From Armatimonadota bacterium (GTDB lineage Bacteria; Sysuimicrobiota; Sysuimicrobiia; Sysuimicrobiales; Kaftiobacteriaceae), in contig JBBIUY010000006.1 of assembly GCA_037440005.1 (NCBI GenBank), positions 44,326-108,325 on the forward strand: 64,000 nucleotides of DNA. Direction: 5' to 3'. This document shows, in pieces, positions 59,265-64,000 of the stretch. The notes beneath the pieces are model-generated. The model saw only the letters and a program-made list of their open reading frames with translations. It was not told where the DNA came from and made no database searches. Made by a program: the position numbers and the translations under genes. Each line of letters opens with the position of its first letter. The first letter of the stretch is position 1.

Positions 59265-60527
59265 TCACCTCCCAGCGCCCGCCGCTCCCGGGAGGTTCCC
59301 GCCGCGGATGCCCAGCACGCAGGCCAGCGCCCCGCCCATGAACAGGATCCCCGGGAGGAAGAACGCCCCAAACCCCAGCGCGTCCACCGCTAGCCCGTAC
59401 AGGGGCGGCGACGCCAGCCCCGCGAACCCCAGCACGGCGTTCCACAGCCCCGTGTAGGTTCCGGTCTGGGACGGTGCGACCCGGTCGATCAGAAACGGAT
59501 AGGCGTTGACCACCCACAGGGCCCACGCCCCTCCGCCGACCACCAGGAGGGCGCGGTACAGCAGCGGGTCGCGGACGGCGGAGATGGCCACGAAGACCGC
59601 CAGGGTCCCCGCCACGCCCGCCCGGATGGCCCGCAGCCGGCCGATGCGGTCCCCCGCCGCGCCGGCGGGGATGGCGCCGAGCAGGAACGCCGCCGCAAAG
59701 AATCCCAGCAGCTGCGTCGCCCCCGACGGGTCCAGCCCCAGGTGGTGGACCCCGTAGCGGGTGAACATGTTCTGCACCCCGTTGACCGCCGCCACCGCCG
59801 CCCACGCTCCGGCCAGGAGCAGCAGCAGGCTGCGGTCCGGGCTGCGGACCACCGCCCGGGCCGCCTGGAGCAGCCGCCCGGCGCCCTCCGCCTCCGGCTC
59901 GCGGGAGGCCAGCCCGGACCGCAGCGTCAGGCCGCGCTCGGGGATGGCCAGCAGGATCACCGCCGCAGATCCCACCAGCAGGGCGGCGGCGACGTCGAAG
60001 GGGAGCGTGCGCGACCGCCGGTACAGCTCCGACAGGTAGAAAAACGCCACCAGGGCGCCCAGTCCCCCCATGAGGTTGATGACGCCGTTGGCCCGCCCCC
60101 GCAGGGGCGGCGGGGTGGTGTCCGGCATCAGGGCGTAGCTGGGGCTGGTGAAGACCGAAGCGGCCACGTTGAGCAGGACGGTGGCCGCCAGCAGCGGGAC
60201 GAACGCCTGCGCCCGCGGGATGAGGGCGAAGGCCAGCGCGGTCAGGGGCATGCCCGCCAGCACAAACGGGGTCCGGCGGCCCCACCGGGTGTCCACCCGG
60301 TCGCTGAGCCCTCCGAAGTAGGGCTGCAGGGTCATGGAGGCGACGTTGTCGATGACCATGATCAGGCCGATGAGTGTGTTGCTGGCCACGAACGCGCCGT
60401 AGAAGATCGGCAGGTAGGCGTTGTAGAGGGCCACCGCCATCTGGGAGCTGAAGTAGGCCAGCCCGATGGCGGCGGCGCGCAGCGTCCACAGGCGCGACGA
60501 CGGAGGTCCCACGGCGATCCTCCCCAC
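59265..60527 (-). CDS. MFS transporter
   Basis: Twelve TM helices and the MFS motif GGLSDRVDTRWGRR. Confidence 0.8.
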   Translation of the reverse strand: MGRIAVGPPSSRLWTLRAAAIGLAYFSSQMAVALYNAYLPIFYGAFVASNTLIGLIMVIDNVASMTLQPYFGGLSDRVDTRWGRRTPFVLAGMPLTALAFALIPRAQAFVPLLAATVLLNVAASVFTSPSYALMPDTTPPPLRGRANGVINLMGGLGALVAFFYLSELYRRSRTLPFDVAAALLVGSAAVILLAIPERGLTLRSGLASREPEAEGAGRLLQAARAVVRSPDRSLLLLLAGAWAAVAAVNGVQNMFTRYGVHHLGLDPSGATQLLGFFAAAFLLGAIPAGAAGDRIGRLRAIRAGVAGTLAVFVAISAVRDPLLYRALLVVGGGAWALWVVNAYPFLIDRVAPSQTGTYTGLWNAVLGFAGLASPPLYGLAVDALGFGAFFLPGILFMGGALACVLGIRGGNLPGAAGAGR

Positions 60528-60533
60528 CGGTCC

Positions 60534-61727
60534 TCAGCGCGCCAGGCTCCGGATCACCCACCCCGCCAGGCCGCCTCCGGCGACCAGCCAGGCGGAGTTC
60601 ACCCGGGCACAGAGCAGCAGGGCCGCCGCCGCCAGCAGGGCGGTCGGCAGGTCCACCACCGCCGCCCGGGCCAGCTGCCAGGACACGCCCGCCATCAGGG
60701 CCAGGGACACGGCGTTGACCCCGTCCAGGACCGCGCCCGCCGTCTCCGACCCCCGCAGCCGGGGGATCAGCGGGTGGCTGAGGGCCACGAAGACGAAGGC
60801 CGGCAGGAAGATGGCCCCGGTGGCCACCAGGGCGCCGGGCAGTCCGCCCAGCAGGTAGCCCACGAAGGTGGCCGTGGTGAACACCGGGCCGGGAGTCACC
60901 TGTCCCGCCGCCACCGCGTCCAGCAGCTGCCGGTCGGTCAGCCACCCCAGCCGGACGACCAGGTCCGCCCGCAGAAACGCCAGCAGCACGTAGCCGCTGC
61001 CGTAGAGGACCGAGCCGACCTTGAAAAAGACCAAGGCCAGCCGGTCCAGGCTGAACGCCGTGGCGGCCGCGCCGGCGGCGGGCCACGCGACCGGGACGCC
61101 GGCGGCCAGGGGAAGACCCCGCCACGCCTTCCGCGCCGCGGCCACCGTCAGCCCGCCCAGGGCGAGCAGCGCGAGTTCGTGGGTCCCGCGCAGGTACAGG
61201 ACCAGCGCGGCCGCGCCCACGGCGGCCGTCAGGGGGCCGCGGACCGCCGTCCGTCCCAGCCCCCACAGGGCCTGGGCCACCACCGCCAGGATCACCGGCT
61301 TCACCCCGTACAGGACAGCGGCCGCGTCGGGCAGCGATCTGAACCGGACGTAGGACCAGGCGAGGGCCAGGACGACGATCACCGCGGGGACGATGAAGCA
61401 CGCGCCGGCCACCACCAGCCCCGGCCAGCCGGCCCGCCGGTAGCCGATGTGGATCGCCATCTCGGTGGAGTTGGGGCCCGGGATCAGGTTGGTGGCGCCC
61501 ACCAGGTCCAGGAACTCCTGCTCGCCCATCCACCGCCGGCGGACCACGACCTCCTGGTGCATCAGGGCGATGTGGGCCGCGGGCCCGCCGAAAGACGTCG
61601 CTCCCAGCCGGGCGAACAGGGTGGCGACTTCACCGAGGGCGGGGCGGGATGCGAGGACGCCCGCCCCCGCAGGTGCCGCGCCGCTGTCGGGAGCCGCGAA
61701 CTCCTTCGAGTCGGATGGCCCGGACAT
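60534..61727 (-). CDS. chrA: Chromate transporter ChrA (long, duplicated form)
   Basis: Two CHR repeats with FGGPAAHIA and TPGPVFTTATFVGY motifs. The start is taken at the internal Met of the 600-aa ORF. Confidence 0.8.
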   Translation of the reverse strand: MSGPSDSKEFAAPDSGAAPAGAGVLASRPALGEVATLFARLGATSFGGPAAHIALMHQEVVVRRRWMGEQEFLDLVGATNLIPGPNSTEMAIHIGYRRAGWPGLVVAGACFIVPAVIVVLALAWSYVRFRSLPDAAAVLYGVKPVILAVVAQALWGLGRTAVRGPLTAAVGAAALVLYLRGTHELALLALGGLTVAAARKAWRGLPLAAGVPVAWPAAGAAATAFSLDRLALVFFKVGSVLYGSGYVLLAFLRADLVVRLGWLTDRQLLDAVAAGQVTPGPVFTTATFVGYLLGGLPGALVATGAIFLPAFVFVALSHPLIPRLRGSETAGAVLDGVNAVSLALMAGVSWQLARAAVVDLPTALLAAAALLLCARVNSAWLVAGGGLAGWVIRSLAR

Positions 61728-61781
61728 GCCCCTAGCGAGGTTCCTCCTCCGCGGGTGCCAGTCCTGGCAAAAGCGTCTGGT

Positions 61782-62426
61782 ATGCTGGAGGCTGTGGACG
61801 TGACGTTCGGTCTGTCGGCTCTGGCCACGCTGCTGGCCATGGTGGACCCGGTGGGCACCGTGCCCATCTTCTTGAGCCTGACCCCCGCCGAGCCGCCCCA
61901 CCAGCGGCGCCGCATCGCCCGACGCGCCGTCACCGTGGCCCTGGGCGTGATGGCCCTCTTCGCGGTGGCGGGCCAGCCGTTGCTGCGCGTGCTGCGGGTC
62001 TCCATCCCCGCGTTCCAGATCGCCGGCGGAGTGCTGCTGTTCCTGATCGCGGTGGACATGCTGTTCGCCCGCCGGTCGGGCGCCCGGGAGACCCCCGAGG
62101 AGGAAGCCGACGCTCTCGCGCGCCACCACGACGTCAGCGTCTTCCCCCTGGCGATCCCCACCCTCAGCGGCCCCGGCACCATCGCGGCCACCGTCCTGCT
62201 CATGGGCCAGGCCTCGGGCGACCCCGTCCGGGTGACCATGGTGGTCGCGGCCATGGTCGTCACCATGGCGGTCACCTGGCTGGTGCTGCAGGGAGCGGAG
62301 GCGATCCGCCGGGTCCTGGGAGTGACCGGCATCCACGTGCTCACGCGGCTGATGGGCATCGTCTTGTCGGCCCTGGCCGTGCAGATGATCCTGGACGGCA
62401 TCCGGGCGGCGTGGCTGCCCGGCTGA
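61782..62426 (+). CDS. MarC-family (UPF0056) membrane protein
   Basis: LLAMVDPVGTVPIFLSLT and AIPTLSGPGTIAATVLL motifs. Confidence 0.75.
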   Translation: MLEAVDVTFGLSALATLLAMVDPVGTVPIFLSLTPAEPPHQRRRIARRAVTVALGVMALFAVAGQPLLRVLRVSIPAFQIAGGVLLFLIAVDMLFARRSGARETPEEEADALARHHDVSVFPLAIPTLSGPGTIAATVLLMGQASGDPVRVTMVVAAMVVTMAVTWLVLQGAEAIRRVLGVTGIHVLTRLMGIVLSALAVQMILDGIRAAWLPG

Positions 62427-62477
62427 GTGCGGGGCGCCGTTGCCCGGGCCGGCCGCCCGTGGGATACTGAACCTGTC

Positions 62478-62993
62478 ATGGCCACCTGGGAGGTCGGGAC
62501 CCGGTCGCTGGCGCGGCCTCGTCCGCGGGGACCTGCGGTGGCAGCCGTCCAGGCCCTGCTGGCGGCGGGAGCCGTGGTCCTGGCCGGGGCGGGACCGTAC
62601 TGGGCCCTGCGGGCGTCGCTGGGGAACTCTCAGGTGCGGGCGGCGGCGCGGGTCCTGGAGGTGGCGCCCGCCCTGCGGCCCTCCCCCGCCGTCGCGCAGG
62701 CACCGGCGCCCGCCGGTCCGGCGGGCGGCCGCTCGGTGGGCTCCGCCGGCGCGCCCCGGGTGATCTTCGGCCGCTTCGCGTCCCCCCGGGAGGCGCAGGC
62801 GCGAGCGCGCCTGGTCCGTCGCAAGGGCTACATCGCGTCCGTGGTGCGGGTCGGCGGGGCGTACGCGGTGGTCAGCCGGCCGTACCCCTCCCTGGAGGCG
62901 GCGCGGTCGTGGGCGGAGATCTTCCGCGAGATCGGCCTGCGCTCCCAGGTCGTGCCGCGGTTGGAAGCGTTCCTGTCGGCGGACGGGTCCTGA
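62478..62993 (+). CDS. Membrane-anchored SPOR-domain-like protein (tentative)
   Basis: N-terminal hydrophobic helix and a Pro/Ala linker. The C-terminus (VIFGRFASPREAQARARLVRRKGYIASVVRVGGAYAVVSRPYPSLEAARSWAEIFREIG) resembles a SPOR repeat. Confidence 0.5.
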   Translation: MATWEVGTRSLARPRPRGPAVAAVQALLAAGAVVLAGAGPYWALRASLGNSQVRAAARVLEVAPALRPSPAVAQAPAPAGPAGGRSVGSAGAPRVIFGRFASPREAQARARLVRRKGYIASVVRVGGAYAVVSRPYPSLEAARSWAEIFREIGLRSQVVPRLEAFLSADGS

Positions 62994-63065
62994 CGGCTCC
63001 AGCGGTCCTGCCGGGCCCGTGCCCTGGACGGGGACCCAATCCTCCGGAGGCGGGGTGGCGCCTTC

Positions 63066-63575
63066 TCAGTCCTCGCCCCCTTCGTCCTCCTCCCGGGCGC
63101 GGGCCAGGTAGTCCTCCACCAGCAGCAGCCCTCCCTCGCCCGCCCGGCGCACGACGCTGAGGAGCTTGTCCATGCTGGAGACCTCCTCCAGCTGCTCTTC
63201 CACGAACCACTGCAGGAACTGCTGGGTGGTGTAGTCGTTCTCCCGCAGCGCCAGTTCCAGGATGCCGTGGATCTGCCGGGTGACCTCCTGCTCCCACCTC
63301 AGGGAGAGCGCCACGGCCTCTTCGGCGGTGGCGAACGCCGCCTGGGGCGCGGCCACCGGGGGGATGACCACCGGTGCGCCGGCGTCGATCAGGTAGCGGA
63401 TGAACCGCATGGCGTGCTGGCGCTCCTCGTCGGCCTGGCGGTAGAAGTGGGCGGCCAGCTGCGGCAGGCTCTGGCCGTCGAAGTGGGCCGCGATGGCGAC
63501 GTACTGGAGAAAAGCGCCGAACTCCCGGCCGATTTGGGCGTTGATGGCGTCGGCCATCTTCTGGCTGATCAGCAT
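63066..63575 (-). CDS. ftn: Non-heme ferritin
   Basis: Ferroxidase-centre residues in EFGAFLQYV...EERQHAMRF...QEVTRQ...EEQLEEV. Confidence 0.85.
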   Translation of the reverse strand: MLISQKMADAINAQIGREFGAFLQYVAIAAHFDGQSLPQLAAHFYRQADEERQHAMRFIRYLIDAGAPVVIPPVAAPQAAFATAEEAVALSLRWEQEVTRQIHGILELALRENDYTTQQFLQWFVEEQLEEVSSMDKLLSVVRRAGEGGLLLVEDYLARAREEDEGGED

Positions 63576-63731
63576 GGGGATCCCTCCGTCTCCCGGACGT
63601 GGAGGTCCGGATGTGCATCCAGCATACCGGCCGGCCTGTCGGGGTTCAAACCGGCTCTGGGGGCCCGGGCGCCGTTGACAGGGCGGAAGACGGCTGCTAT
63701 GAAAATTGCTACTTCGCGCGGCGGGGAGACC

Positions 63732-64000
63732 ATGCGGGCCGTCGGCGTCGGGCTGCTGGGTCTGGGCACGGTGGGGGCGGAGGTCTACCGGCTGCTGCAG
63801 GACCGGGAGGCCATCGCCGCCGCCGCCGGCTGTCCGGTGGAGGTGCGGCGGGTGGCCGTGGCGCGGCCCGACCGCCCCCGGGCGGTGTCCGTGCCCCCGG
63901 AGGTGCTGGCGCGGTCCGCCGACGAGGTGGTGCAGTCCCCCGACGTGGACGTGGTGGTGGAGCTGATCGGCGGCATCGAGCCCGCGCGGCGGTACCTGCT
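63732..64000 (+). CDS. hom: Homoserine dehydrogenase, N-terminal fragment (runs off the window, so absent from the ORF track)
   Basis: Own translation: MRAVGVGLLGLGTVGAEVYRLLQDREAIAAAAGCPVEVRRVAVARPDRPRAV...VDVVVELIGG, a Rossmann NAD(P) site typical of the Hom N-terminus. An alternative ATG lies at 63699. Confidence 0.8.
   Translation, partial: MRAVGVGLLGLGTVGAEVYRLLQDREAIAAAAGCPVEVRRVAVARPDRPRAVSVPPEVLARSADEVVQSPDVDVVVELIGGIEPARRYL

Noticed and set aside
60534-62336. 600-aa version of the chromate transporter ORF
   Set aside because: The first about 200 codons are His/Gly/Asp-rich non-protein-like sequence antisense to marC. The ChrA homology starts at the internal Met at 61727.

Overview
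The window is a very high-GC chromosomal replication-origin region. Over 70% GC is an estimate by eye, and coding is dense with third-position GC bias, which fits a thermophilic Firmicute-like genome such as Thermaerobacter or Symbiobacterium. No organism assignment is claimed.

Gene order on the minus strand at the start is recF', yaaA, dnaN, dnaA. An AT-rich DnaA-box region lies between dnaA and dnaN. An unexpected GHKL-ATPase/HTH gene sits between dnaA and a second DnaA-box cluster. The plus strand then carries rpmH, rnpA, yidD, yidC, jag, rsmG, soj and spo0J, the classic origin core. Continuing rightward the window holds these gene groups in order:
- an HD hydrolase, a PLP decarboxylase and a phosphoribosyltransferase;
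- the full glycine-cleavage operon gcvT-H-PA-PB and a dehydratase;
- lexA with tandem SOS boxes, followed by a small membrane ORF and an RNase H-like gene;
- pit with a PhoU-like gene, and trxA/trxB;
- a heat-shock supra-operon hspR-hsp20-dnaK-grpE-dnaJ(no zinc finger)-clpB;
- a membrane-anchored aminopropyltransferase and a 1067-aa membrane protein with four GAF domains and a GGDEF domain;
- ychF, then an IS remnant with a multiply frameshifted transposase and about 50-bp imperfect terminal inverted repeats;
- rpsF-ssb-rpsR-yybS-rplI, a Lon-like protease, and dnaB carrying a 332-aa intein in its P-loop.

The window ends with transporters (EamA, peptide ABC, ABC-2 with a NEW3 protein, MFS, ChrA, MarC), lipid and glycolipid enzymes (GT28, acyltransferase, FabI), PepF, ferritin and the start of hom. 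No rRNA, tRNA or CRISPR was seen.

The most notable sequence-level observations are these:
- a perfect Cheo-type LexA box and a perfect DnaA box in the dnaB promoter;
- the DnaB intein;
- the GHKL-HTH gene embedded in the origin.
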